DNA from: the human T2T-CHM13v2.0 reference genome, Homo sapiens
DNA: 64,000 bases
NCBI RefSeq assembly: GCF_009914755.1
Contig: NC_060927.1
Strand: one strand, 5' to 3'
The notes below the pieces were generated by a model. The model ran no database searches, had not been told where the DNA came from, and was given only the letters and a program-made list of their open reading frames with translations. Shown piece after piece: positions 1 to 13,047 of this stretch; the first letter of the stretch is position 1; each line of letters starts with the position of its first letter. The translations under genes were made by a program, and so were the position numbers.

Positions 1-1740
1 AGTCATATCATCTCAGAATTACCCTCCAGTAATCAGTGGATGAGTTTATTTATTATTACGTCATAGCACTTTTATACTATGAAATGCTAATGGCAAGTGC
101 TCAGGTAATGCCCATGCATACTAGCTGAAGGGTCATCAGGTAATGGTGAGCTTGGGAGGTATGGCCCCGTAATAACAAGAGCATGCTACATAAGGCTAGA
201 GGTATGCAGGACCTCCCATACTGAGTGTTCTAGTATAAGCTGATTCCTGAATCTTAAGGCTAACGATATATGACACATTAAATACCTAGCACATCCCTGT
301 ATTCCAAAAATATGTTAGTTCTATAATAGTAAACTTGGTTTAAAAAGAAAACTATTGATTTTGTGCTGGTCTCCATAATTTTACCTGACATACTCATACC
401 CTAAATTATAAAAATGATGCTCTTTTACATTTTTAGCTTGTCAAAGTGTTTTCAAATAGCCCAGAAGTAAGAGCAAAGTAGAGAAACAGCTGTCCCTTGT
501 TATTTTGTTTCCTGAATACAAATAGTGTTAAATTGCTGTAAATGGAAAGGCTGGAATGAATTCAAACACTGTTTGTTTAAATACACTCAGGCTGATGTTT
601 GTGTGTTGGGACCTTTGGAGAGGGTAGCACTAGCAAATACTACACATTAACTTGTCGCACATGACAATATACGGTTATGGCTTCCCTTTTGTTTGCGAGG
701 TAGAGTTGCATTGGTATCGTTCAGAAATTTTGTGGGAGTAAATCACAAGAGATTTGGACTAAGATAGCTGAACAGCACCATTAAATCCTGAGGCATTTAG
801 TGCAATTTTCAGTCTGACGACTCTTAGGAAAACAAAAGCTCTTTTGGACTTAACATAATTAACTGAGTTCAGGCAGATGTTTCAGATTTTTCTACTACAT
901 CAAGAAAGAAATGAATGAATATATCTAATCTTTTCTCTTTCCTTCTGACTTCTGAACACTTACTATTTGAAAAGTTAGTATATATGTAATAGCCCAAGTA
1001 GGTGATTCATTTGTTTTCTCCCCATAACCCATGAAGTTTAAGATAATCCCTATTCTCAAGATGTTCTTAAATAGAGTTGTATCCAATAGCTTTATTAAAT
1101 ATTTGAGACTCTAAAGATGGTCTAACAAATTTCTTCTTTCTTTGCGGAAACAGAAGTATAGAAAGTTTAAGAAAGTTGACAACATTACAGGGTTCAAGTT
1201 TAATGACATAGTCATAAATAAGTTCCTGGTGTTCAGACTTGCAGTTCTGTGTTTTTATCATAAAAGCATTTTCACAATTCAGTTCAAGGATTTTCTCTAG
1301 CTAGTGTACAACCTCCTCCAAATTTCTTTATTGCATTATTACATAATATTTCAGATTATTTTCCTGTTTGACGCACCCACAAACTCATTGCCTAGTACTT
1401 AGTGTAGCAGCTTGGAAAAAAAAAAGTCATTATGCTCAGCCTTTTGAAGTTAAAACTGCTGTGATTTTACTACCTCACAGATTACTTTAAGATTGTAAAG
1501 TTACATAACCACTGAAGCAGAAAGGAAGTCAAAGACTGAGGACCATTAAGAAATCAGACTTATTTATTGAAGAAAATAATAATAAACTGTGAGTTAAGGG
1601 TCTTAAAATAAAGAGTTGTAAACAGAAGATAAGAATCCATTTTTGTTTATCCCCACTACAGATCTGGACAGGGAAATAAAATAAAGTTATGTCATTAGAC
1701 ATGGTCACAGACTATATTTAAGGCAACACCCTGCCTGCAA

Positions 1741-1905
1741 TCTGGAGAGACCTGAGTTCATGACTTGGGCTTGCTTTGTGCCTTTGGATAAATTTGTGAA
1801 ACTCTATGAGTCACAGTTTCTATGTCACTGTGTGGTTATGAGGATTAAATTATATAAAGTCTCTACCTAGTACAAGAGTGGCATGTGGTAGGTGTTCAAT
1901 AAATA
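1741..1905 (+). mobile_element. MIR SINE fragment
   Basis: MIR-like core and 3' end (agacctgagttc...cagtttc...gttatgaggattaaat...ggcatgtggtaggtgttcaataaat); degenerate. Confidence 0.6.
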
Positions 1906-2546
1906 ATTCCTTTATACACTTTATTTTATCTATATTATTATATATGAAATTTTAATCAGTTAATTGATTTAATAATATTTAACTCACATTACTCTCCCAA
2001 CTAAACACACCCACCCTTAAACAAACATATGTATTATATATAGAATTATTTTTTCACTTACTCTTAGCACAAACTTAATGCTCATTGTACAGTATGGAAA
2101 GAGAGTGAATGCTCTGTAAAATTTGTCAGAGCACCAAAATTACTAGAGCATAAGCATAAGGTACACATTAGTGAAAGTTACCAGCCATGCTTGAAAGTTC
2201 ATTCATGGAGTCTTAGAGTCACTGTCCCATTATTAGGTAATAATTTTCTAGGCTCTTTAAAGCATCATAAAATATTCACCTTCATAGTAAAAATCTATGT
2301 TCTGGGGACATTTTTGTTCATGTAACTGACATAAAATATATCTAAGCATACCTGGTCCCTTGATATTTTTCTTATCCTTTATGTCCTGTGTTGGATCTGA
2401 TCTTTGTAGGGTCCAATAGCTTTCTAATCAACCTGACATAGCCATCTGTGCCAAAAGACAGATGTTTTTGTACCTCTTTTTACAGACAGAAAAAAAAAAG
2501 ATCTTTCCCTTTGAGAGCTATCTTTTCCTCTGGAGAACTCACACTC

Positions 2547-2634
2547 TTTGCCTACCTCCTTCTTGCCTTCCGGTCTACATCCATGATTCTTTTGCCCACC
2601 TCCTTCTTGCCTTCTGGTCTACATCCATGATTCT
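2547..2634. repeat. 44-bp tandem duplication (2 copies)
   Basis: 2547-2590 and 2591-2634 differ at 2 positions. Confidence 0.9.
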
Positions 2635-2984
2635 TTCCTTAAACTGCCCTTTACAGTTCAGCATCTTCCCTTTCTCTTTCCTCTAAGACCACATCTGAGT
2701 AGTTCCATTCCAATTACAGACACACCTTGAACTCCACCTTCCGTAAGTCACCTGCTTTTTCTTCTTCAACCCACCAAACTCACATAATCTATGCTCACAG
2801 TGTCTTCTTCCTCACCTTTAATTGGCAACCTAATCTAATCTGCTTTTCCCTCAACCTAGTCTTAAAAATGTCCTGTCAAAATGCTGTTAATTGCTAAGCC
2901 CAGTCATATCTTTTCATGTTTCATGTTAGTTGATCTCCTAGTAGCATTGGATAAAATCTCTTTCTTCTTTCTAGAAAATCCTCC

Positions 2985-3107
2985 TAATGTAGATGACAGG
3001 TTGGTGGGTGCAGCAAACCACCATGGCACGTGTATACCTATGTAATAAACCTGCACATTCTGCACATGTACCCCAGAACTGAAAGTATAATAAAAAAAAA
3101 GAAAGAA
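2985..3107 (+). mobile_element. Severely 5'-truncated L1PA (3' end only, about 120 bp)
   Basis: L1PA 3'UTR (gggtgcagcaaaccaccatggcacgtgtatacctatgtaa...gtataataaaa), A-rich tail, 12-bp TSD agaaaatcctcc at 2973-2984 and 3108-3119. Confidence 0.92.
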
Positions 3108-3224
3108 AGAAAATCCTCCCTTGCATGACACTCCCAGTACGTTTTCCTCATTTTCCTTCCTTATCTAATTCCATTCTAGGTTTCTTCTCAGACTCTTCTC
3201 CCACCATCATCCCTTAGATGCTAT

Positions 3225-3596
<372 letters not shown>

Positions 3597-4307
3597 TAAG
3601 GCACCATCTTCAGCTCTCTTCTTTCTGTCTAAACTCTGTTTTGAAACCACCTCCAATCATTCTCAGTTTCATGTGTATTGAGGAACTCTAACAGATAATC
3701 TTTTCTCCTGTTCTGGCCTGTCTCCTGAAATCCCAGCCTAGATTTTACAATGGTTTCCAGAACAGCTACAACTCAACTGTCCCCCCCTCCATGCATGCTA
3801 TTCTTTCCTTATTGGCCTTCTTGGTTATTAGAAAAAGTGTCTGTGTATTCAGAACCTCAGCCATTCGAACAGGCGTTTCTCCCTCATTCCACAACTGGCT
3901 AGCCTCCAGGTACTGTGGTGTTACCTTAGAAATGTCTGTTACCTCTGTTCTCTGGATTCCATTTTAACAGATATTGTTCTAATTCCTTTGCATAAGGTTT
4001 TCCCCTTTCTAGTTTTTCTCTTTCTTTTTCAGTATAGCTTTCATAATTTCAACAAAATACCCTTTCCAATGCAAATATCTAATATCATCCCCTACTCAAA
4101 AAAAATTTGACTTTTAACTGCTTGCATAATAAACTATATTATTTTTAGTGTTTTCCACAATCAGGACTTTATCAAATGTCACATCCTCCAGGCAGTTCAA
4201 GTACTTTGAAGAATTTTCTCTCCTCTATGACTTTCCACATGTTGTTTTATTTCTCCACGTATGTATTCTACGTATATTTCAAAAATACTAATCAAAAGTC
4301 ACCTAGG

Positions 4308-4630
<323 letters not shown>

Positions 4631-5329
4631 ACAAATCACCTTGACACATTACAATTAGAATTGCTGCCATTATCTTACATTTATTCTTTTTCTCAGCATT
4701 TATCACAGTTTGCTAGGTCTTCTTCAATGAATTTTTGAGTCCAATTACCACAGGCTATATTCAAAATAACATCCAGAGATAACGTTGTACATCTAGAAGC
4801 ATCCTGAGTCAAAAATATCCTGATGGGTCCATACGAGTTTTTTGGATTTTTTAATCATAAGCTTTCTCCCCTGCTATTTAGGTATGTAATAAAATGAGTA
4901 TTTTCAAATCAAAAATATGCGATTTTGTAATATGGTAAGTCCCCTTATCTACTTAAAGAACTTTGAAAACACATTACTGATTTGATAAATCTCAAAGGCA
5001 GCCTTAGCACATAAACAATATGGATTACTGTGAAAAATCTGCTAGACTATCTAAATATGTGAATTTGTATAGGGTTATATTTTGAGGCATAAAATTACTT
5101 AAAGTGTGTCTTCTAAAGAGAAAAAATATGAGGCCATGTTTTTCAGCTCCATTAAAATTTTCTATAATAATAAATGTATCAGCTTTTCCTCATGACTCAA
5201 CTCGTTATAGGAGACCAGCGCAGCCATTTGTGACTGGTTTCATATTTATACATTTGTATTATCTATTTTCTATCTTTTAATGTCTTCTCATATTGTTTCC
5301 CTAAAATAGCAAAACTAAGACAAACTATT

Positions 5330-5710
5330 GTTAGGATGCTTTGAGTTGTATACTTAATAGAAATCCCAACATAAATTATTTTAAACATTGTAGGATATTC
5401 ATTAGACCACATACCTAAAAACACAGAGATTCTTATTGGTACAATTAGTTGAACTTTGTGCTGAGTGGGTCAACTTGGAATCAGCTTTGTGGCCAGGGGG
5501 AAGATATGTCCTGACTGACTTAGGCTAGGCTTGCTGGAATTTACCAGAATAGAAAAGAGTACTTACTTCTTTAATCCAGTTAAAGCAGTTTATGAAATTT
5601 AGGGGGAAGGGCAAAAATCAATCCCTTTCAAATTACATGACTGCTATACATAGGGTAGGGTAAAATGGATAAAATGAATGTTGGGAAGACAAGTACAATA
5701 ACTACCAATA
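5330..5710. mobile_element. Old MaLR LTR (MLT1J/K/L-like)
   Basis: Ends resemble MLT1K-class termini; heavily diverged. Confidence 0.4.
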
Positions 5711-5994
5711 AGATTAATTGATAGTTTTGACTTCATTTAATGCTTTCACTCTGAAGTTTTCTACATAAGAATGTGAAGAAATTTAACACAAATCAATGAA
5801 TTAATTAAAGTGCTTCCATGCTATATCCAAAGAAAGTAAAAACTTATTGAACTAATTTTCAATTTAATGTGTCTCTAAATAAGCATAGAATTTCAGAACT
5901 GTTGGATATTATGCCAGACTATTTCCTGCTCTCTGTTAAAATCAATATGAAATTATAGCACACTTATTAATGGCAAAGATCATAGAATTTATAT

Positions 5995-6700
5995 AAGCCT
6001 TCGTCTTTGCCCTCAAGAAATTAACAACTTTGGTTGCAGAGACACACAACATCCAAACACATAAAAAAACTGAGGAATGACAACGTTTAATGCATCATAA
6101 CGTGCAAATTGAGGAGAGAATCATGATACAAGATAAATGCTCCCTTGAGAAAGGGAACTTTCATTGTTGACCAGAGTTAATGGAGGTAGGCTTCTAGAAT
6201 TAGGTGGGCACTGAGATGACCGCTGAAGGGTGGTATAATTTAGATAAGTAGAAAAAGAAAGAAAATACATTCAAGGTCAAGAAAATAAGCAAGTACAAAC
6301 GGTTTCAGGAGGCACGTACTGGGTGTATGTGGGGAGGTCTGGGAGCTGGAGAGAAATAAGTGACAAAGAACAGGGAAGATGGCCTCTTTGCAGAAATAAG
6401 TTCTTGTTCAGGGCGGATGTTACAGAGCATTTTATAATTACGTTATGGTTAGATTATACCTAACATTCCAGCATGTGGGCATGTTTTAGAAGTATATAAA
6501 TTGAGCATTCTTTATCAGAGAGAAAACATGATCAAAGCAGTAGTCTTTTTAAAATTAATCTGATTAGACTCATACAAGTCCAGGCACAATAAAAACAAAG
6601 GGAGAGGTTAAAGTTCAATTTTAGGGAGAAAAAATTATATATAACATGGAGCGTGATAGGAAAGAGTGAATACAAGAGACTTGGCCAAAGTCAGTTTCAA
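5995..6700 (-). mobile_element. L2 remnant
   Basis: Purine-rich antisense L2-like motifs (ctttgccctcaagaa; ggcttctagaa; aacatgatcaaagcag). Confidence 0.55.
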
Positions 6701-7526
6701 GGTCAAGAAGTGCAAATATGGGATTAGGACCTTTTAATTCTTACAAAATGTGGGACTCTGAAGAAGTAATTTACCTCTTGAGATTTCAGTTCCCTCATTC
6801 AGAAAACAAAGGAGAGGGTTTCAAATGCCCCTTAGGCCTGGTTATATAGTCCGCGGACAGTAAAGACTGTCAACATTGTTTTACTTATTTTCAGGTTTTA
6901 CTTAGTTTGAAACATGTGACAACTATTGGTGGCATCACATGCGTAGCCCCCAAAATTGACGAGTATGTAGCAATATATGATTACCACAAGGTGTCAGATA
7001 TTTCAGCAAAAGTGCAGCATTTTGAGAGAGATAAAAGTTTGTGGGATAGAATGCTCTCTCTGAGAATTTTCAAGAAATAAATTATTTAGAAGACAAAACG
7101 ATATGAGGAAACAGAGTGAAGTCAATAGCTTTTCACTTAGATCTTGATTGGAGTTGTAAGAATACTTCTAAAGAGATATCCACTAAACTTAGACATGCTG
7201 GTGGGAATGTATCAAATATGAACTAACATAGAATGTTGTTATCTGTAGCCCACAAGTGTGCCTAAATACTGTGTCTCAAACATTCTTTTGATGTCCTCTT
7301 TTTCTCACTGTCCAATCCTATTCTATCCTCTCGTAACTTCCCCTCTCATCTCTTTTATCCTCCTTCCTCCCTTTACACTGGTAAGTGCCCACAGGGACAC
7401 AGTCATTCTCAAGTACACATACAAGTTTCAAACCCACTTCCTTCAATCAGTTAAAATGAATTGAAATGCTTACTGTGTTTTTGCACTGGGTGGATTTGAG
7501 TTTTGGAAGATAATGACATGCTCAGA

Positions 7527-7695
7527 CTTTTTTTTCTTTTTTCCTTCCTTCCTTCTTTTTTTCTTTTCTTCCTTCCTTTCTTTCTCTTTCTTTTCTTTCT
7601 TTCTTTCTTTCCTTCTTTCTTTCTTTCCTTTCTTTCTCTCTTTTCTTTCTTTCTTTTCTTTCTTTCTTTCCTTTCTTTCTCTCCTTTCTTTCTTT

Positions 7696-7770
<75 letters not shown>

Positions 7771-7826
7771 CTCTGTCTCTCCTTCCTTCTTTCCTTCCTT
7801 CCTTTCTTTCTCTCTCTTTCTTTCTT

Positions 7827-7866
<40 letters not shown>

Positions 7867-7875
7867 GTTTTTTTC
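7527..7875. repeat. About 350-bp polypyrimidine microsatellite, (TTTC)n/(TTCC)n/(TC)n, at the tail of a minus-strand Alu
   Basis: Directly visible; abuts the Alu 3' end at 7876. Confidence 0.97.
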
Positions 7876-8420
7876 TTGAGACAAGGTCTTACTATGTCAC
7901 CCAAGCTGGAGTGCAGTGGTACAATCATAGCTCCTGGGCTCAAGGGATCCTCCTGCCTCAGCTTCCCAAGTAGCTGTAACTACAGGGGCACACTACCATG
8001 CCCTGCTAATTATTTATTTATTTACTTATTTATTTTTGAGATGAGGTCTCACTCTGTTGCCCAGGCTGGAGTGCAGGGGCACCATCTTGGATCACTGGCT
8101 CACTGCAACCTCCTCCTCCTAGGTTTAAGTAATTCTCATGCCTCAGCCTTGCATGTAGCTGAGATTACAGGCACACACCACCGTGCCTGGCTAATTTTTA
8201 TATTTTTTGTAGAGACGGGTTTCAACATGTTGGCAAGGCTGGTCTCAAGCTACTGACCTCAAGTGATCTGCCCACCTCCCAAAGTACTGGAATTACAGGC
8301 ATGAGCCATTGCATCTGGCCTAATTTTTAAATTTTTTTGTAGAAACATTGTCTTGCTCGTTGATCAGGCTGGTCTCTAACCCCTGGCCTCAAATGATTCT
8401 CTTAAGTTCTGGGATTACAG
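7876..8420 (-). mobile_element. AluJ (arms 7876-8010 and 8321-8420) split by a second Alu
   Basis: The two J-type arms are separated by a complete inner Alu at the A-rich linker. Confidence 0.8.
8011..8320 (-). mobile_element. Inner Alu (old S or Jb type) nested in AluJ
   Basis: Full dimer with (TTTA)n tail, flanked by (c)taatt on both sides. Confidence 0.85.
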
Positions 8421-8924
8421 AATTTAAGGAGTAAATAGCTATAGCACATCTATATAGATATAGACATGCAATCATTTCATTGGCCAAAGCATTCCATTCT
8501 TTAAATTCTTGAGGCAACCCAATTGTTTATAACGTATTGTTTACAACATTTGCCGTTCTGTTTACAGAGTTCCTGTGGAACAAAGAGTGGAAAATAACTT
8601 TGAACATCTGTTAGAAAAATTCAACTAAGTCTATGCTTTCATGATGTTACACAAGCAAAAGGAATTATATCTTATAAATATTAAGAATTTTTATAAAACA
8701 ATTGTGACTATAGAATGCAAACTTTTTAGGATAAATGAATACTCAACAAGCATATTACTAAGTTGATTACCAAAAACGTCACATTCCCTTGCTAGTAAAC
8801 TGTTCATATAATGTGTCTCTTCTCATCTTTAAAACTGACTTAGAACAATAAAAATTGGGAATTTTTATCGTGAAAAATCTACGACTTGAAAAGTTGCTTT
8901 TTAATGTGGAAATATTGGTAAAGC

Positions 8925-9250
8925 TTAGAAGTTTTCAAACTTACATTTTATATGACACATACAATGTGTTATTTTTAAAATAAAGGGAAACCTCTGTGAA
9001 TATATATGCACACATATATGTGCAAACACAATAATACATTATATGTATTATATATAATAATATATAATATATATAATATATACAAACATATAATGTAATA
9101 CATTATATGTTTGCACATATGTGCAAACACAATAATACATTATAAATCATAGGCAAAGACTAATAGATGTATACATACACAGTCACAAACAATTTTTCAT
9201 TGTTACAAAGGGATCGTTGATACATATGTTAAGTTTGATAAGAACCACTT
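8925..9250. mobile_element. Possible hAT/Charlie-type MER remnant
   Basis: Ends resemble hAT TIRs (gttttcaaactt...aagtttgataagaaccact); interior AT-rich. Confidence 0.35.
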
Positions 9251-10194
9251 TGAGTCTTAATTGTACTTTCTCCAGGTACCAAATAATTTGCATTTTGCAT
9301 ATTAGTTTTCATTTATTCTAAACTATATTAAATTCAGGGTTTTTCACATTATCAGTATTTTGTCAAGCGTGTTGACATATTTTTCTAACATGGATCTCCA
9401 ACTTTGTGATTCCTACTTTTATTCATTTAAACTGGTTTCTGAAAATTTATGGTTCCTAGAGAATAAATTACGTTTCACCTGGATTTTGCATTCTAAAAGC
9501 CAAGACCATGTATAAAGCACATATGAGATTTAACTTTTCAACTATGAGCTCTTTTGACACAGCGTGATTAGACAATTTGGATTCTTGAATTTGGTACCAA
9601 TGAGACTAAGCTGCTGAGAGCCATATTTGGAACTAGGTCTCCCCCATCTAATAGATGGATTGTAAGAACAATCTCTGTTATATACTATATTTTGATGATA
9701 CCATATGAGGATTTATTTTAAATTATGACTTCTATTTGATTACTATTTAGTTGAATAGAGGCTTAGTCATTCAGAATATTTTTTATGAATTAATTTGAAG
9801 CTGTTATTAATATATTATTTTAAGCCTATGAATGAACTATAGAGCTGTGCTTTTTTACCTGGTCTACTACTTGATGATTACTACTTCCTTAATGTAGGAC
9901 GTTCCTATCAATTGAAAAAATGTTTGTGGAATTTTCCCACATCAGATATTCAATTTATTCACAATGACTTGTTCAATTAAAAACAAATAAATCACCACCT
10001 GCTTTTTTAACATGCTTAATTTTATTTCTGAGTGAACTATTATCCTCAGCTATTTTGGTCATTACTTTTACAGTATGTGTTAATTTTTTTGTTTTTTTTT
10101 TTTAGATTCTTGAATTAAAAAAAGACTTTGGGGGGGCAGGAAAAATATGGAATTTGTTTTCAGTAGCTTCATTTTTTAAAACTCTTTGCTTCTA

Positions 10195-10670
10195 TATTCT
10201 ATTTTCACTTTTATTTGATCCACATACTTTCTAATTTCCTTTAGAGAGTACAAATACTTTCTAATTTCTCTTTTGATTTTTATTTGACCCATGGATTTTT
10301 TAGAAGTATCTTATTTAATTTTCAAATATTTGGGAATTTTCTAGATATCTAGATATCTTTCTTTTATTGGTTTTTATTTTAATGCCATTATAGTCAGAAA
10401 AAATATTTTGTAAGTCCTCAATTATTTTAAATTTACTTAGACTAGCTTTATAACCCAGAATATGTTCTATCGCAGTAAACATTCCTTAAAAACTTGAATA
10501 TGTATTCTTCTGCTGTTGGGTGGAGTGTTCTGCAAATATCAGTTAGGTCGATTTGGTTGATGACGTTACTTGCATCTTATATATCCTTATAGATTTTCTG
10601 TCAATATGCTCTATCAGTTACTTTTTTAAAGGGGCGTTAAAATATCTGACTATAATTGTGAAATTGCATA
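10195..10670 (-). mobile_element. L1M ORF2 (endonuclease-region) fragment
   Basis: Antisense L1 motifs tttgacccatggatt, tatgtattcttctgctgttgggtggagtgttctg, ctgactataattgtg. Confidence 0.85.
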
Positions 10671-11164
10671 TTATATTATATATTATGTTATATGAGAAAA
10701 TGTCCTTTACGCATGTCATGAATTACCAAGTTAATATTATCTACATGTATTTGGTTTGGGTAGTGCATTTTTATTACAACGTTTTCCTATAGATTCCCAT
10801 GCTTTCATTTACAGTTGAAGCAATTTGATAGAACCAAGGAACAGTCAGTTTAAGAAGGTGGACCATATTTTACACTAAATATTTCAATTGATAGGTAGCA
10901 CAAACACTTTAGCTTTATAAAATATTTGAAGCTTTACATAATGCACATACTAAAAACCATTCACTAATATGTTAACTGGCTTCAAATTAATCAATAAGGA
11001 ATTTATAAGAAAATACCTCAAGAATCAACTACCTACATAGATATTTAATTCATGTAAATTAAAATATTTGTATTGAAAGAGTTGAGGTTTTTAAAATACT
11101 TCCTATCCCTTGAAGAGTTAAACCATTTAATACGGTGTTCCTATCATTTTACATAGTTTTTTTT

Positions 11165-11610
11165 CTTTTTATGTTTAAAAAAAAAACCCAAACATATAGA
11201 AAGTTTGCAGTAGTGCAATTAGCTCACATATAACTTTCTCTTGGATTCACAATGTGACATTTTATTATGCTTGTTTTGGCATCCTCTATTTATATATATT
11301 ATTAATATCGTTGTTGTTGTTGACTCATTTGCAGCTTGCAAACAGCAAATCCCCCCTACTCTAAATAATTCAAGTTTTATCTCTTAAGAACAAGTACAAT
11401 CTTGTTCATAACCACAGTATAGTTATGAAATTCAGGATACGTAACATTTGTGCCATACTATCTAATATACAGTTCATATCTACATTTTACTAATTGTCCT
11501 AATAATACCTCTAATGGCATTTGTTTTCATCTATGATCCACTGGAAGATAAAATTGAATTTAGTTGTCTTGTTTCTTAGTGTTGTTCAATTTGGAGTATT
11601 TTCCCAACCT
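11165..11610 (-). mobile_element. L1MC-type 3'UTR fragment
   Basis: aagaacaagtacaatcttgttcataaccacagta, taattgtcctaataat, atttagttgtcttgtttc resemble antisense L1MC4/5 3' ends. Confidence 0.7.
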
Positions 11611-11701
11611 TTATATGCAGTCTTCTTAAAGCTAAAGAGGCAATACTCTTTCATCTAATGAAATGTTTCATTACGCTAGACAATATTCAAGAAATATCCT
11701 A

Positions 11702-12051
11702 GCAGCCATGAAAAAGAGTGATATCATGTCTTTTACGGGAACATGGATGGAGCTGGTGGCTATTATCCTCACCAAACTAACAAGGAACAGAAAACCGAAT
11801 ACCATGTTCTCACTTATAAGTGGAACCTAAATGATGAGAACTTAGGAACATAAAGAAGAAAACAACAGACACTGGGGTTTACTTGAGAGTGGATGGTGGG
11901 AGGAGGGAAAGGAGCAGAAAAGTTAACCATTGGGTATTGGCCTTAATTCCTGGGTGATGAAATAATCAGTATAACGAACCCACAGATATGAGTTTACTTG
12001 TGTAATAAACCTTCACATGTACCCCAGAACCTAAAATAAAGGCTTTAAAAA
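11702..12051 (+). mobile_element. L1PA15/16-like 3' end
   Basis: ggaacatggatggagctgg...ttctcacttataagtgg...cacatgtaccccagaacctaaaataaa; degenerate 17-bp TSD at 11689-11705 and 12052-12068 (2 mismatches). Confidence 0.9.
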
Positions 12052-12394
12052 AAGAAATATTTTAGCAGAAATTCACTTTTTGAGGTTTTGCATTAAAATG
12101 CCACATAGTTTTTCAAATTACAAACAAGTCTCGCATTGAGGTAGTGTGAAAAGGAAAGGTTCTAGTAGGGGTCATTGAGAATATTTGACCATGGATCTTC
12201 CCTCATGTCTTATGAGCAGTCAGTCCTTTCAGCTCCTCTCAAAATTACATCAGGTGGCCACATAAACTAAGCTATTATGTGATTATTGGGCCTAGCAACA
12301 TTAAATCGCTGTAGTTTAAAAAATGTTATTTGCTTATCTCCATTCGTAAATTACAAATGACCTTATGGCATTATGTTATTCATTGTAAGGGCTC

Positions 12395-12610
12395 CGAAAG
12401 TGGAATTCTTATTTTCAACTCCTACTCTACCCTTGGTGAATACTGAATAGGCTCTTCAAACTCATTAATTTCAGTTTCTTCATCTGTAAAATATGGTGGA
12501 TAAACATGGTACCTTCCAAGAGGAATGTTAGGAGAATTTAATGAGTACATGACATTCAATCCACATGAAACTTGTAGACAATGACTAGCATTTTGTATTA
12601 GCTATTATCA
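12395..12610 (+). mobile_element. MIR
   Basis: Core cagtttcttcatctgtaaaat and 3' end ttagctattat. Confidence 0.7.
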
Positions 12611-13047
12611 GTTTATAAAACCACTGAACTGAAGTCATTTCTTAAAGATTTGAACACTCTGCCTCACTGTGATATAAAGCCACCACTGATGCAATCTAGA
12701 TGTTCTTTAAAATAAAACCCTTCACATTTACAAGGCAAATGACATCATTAAAATTCAGAAATGGCAGAGCAAAGGAAAGTAGTCACTCAAATTATTACTT
12801 TCTAGAATAGAAAAAGAAAAAAACTTCAAAGCAAGAATTCTAAAAAACCAAGAAGGAATTGAATCTTGAGCCACAAAATGCAAATTAAATGATGAAGATA
12901 TTTTATGGGACAATAATAAGCACTGTTGACATTCAGTGAAATAAAAGCCTTGGACTCAGACACAATAGAGTTTAAAGTCTAGTTGGTGAAATAAGGCATG
13001 TAGGAAAAGATAACTAACAATTTATTGAGTTCATGAGGCTTAGGAAC

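Noticed and set aside
1067-1261. 64-aa minus-strand ORF in unique DNA
   Set aside because: No recognisable domain or splice context; length expected by chance.
7470-8256. Four long overlapping ORFs (120-247 aa; K/E/R-rich or F/L/S-rich)
   Set aside because: Translations of the stop-free (TTTC)n tract running into Alu sequence.
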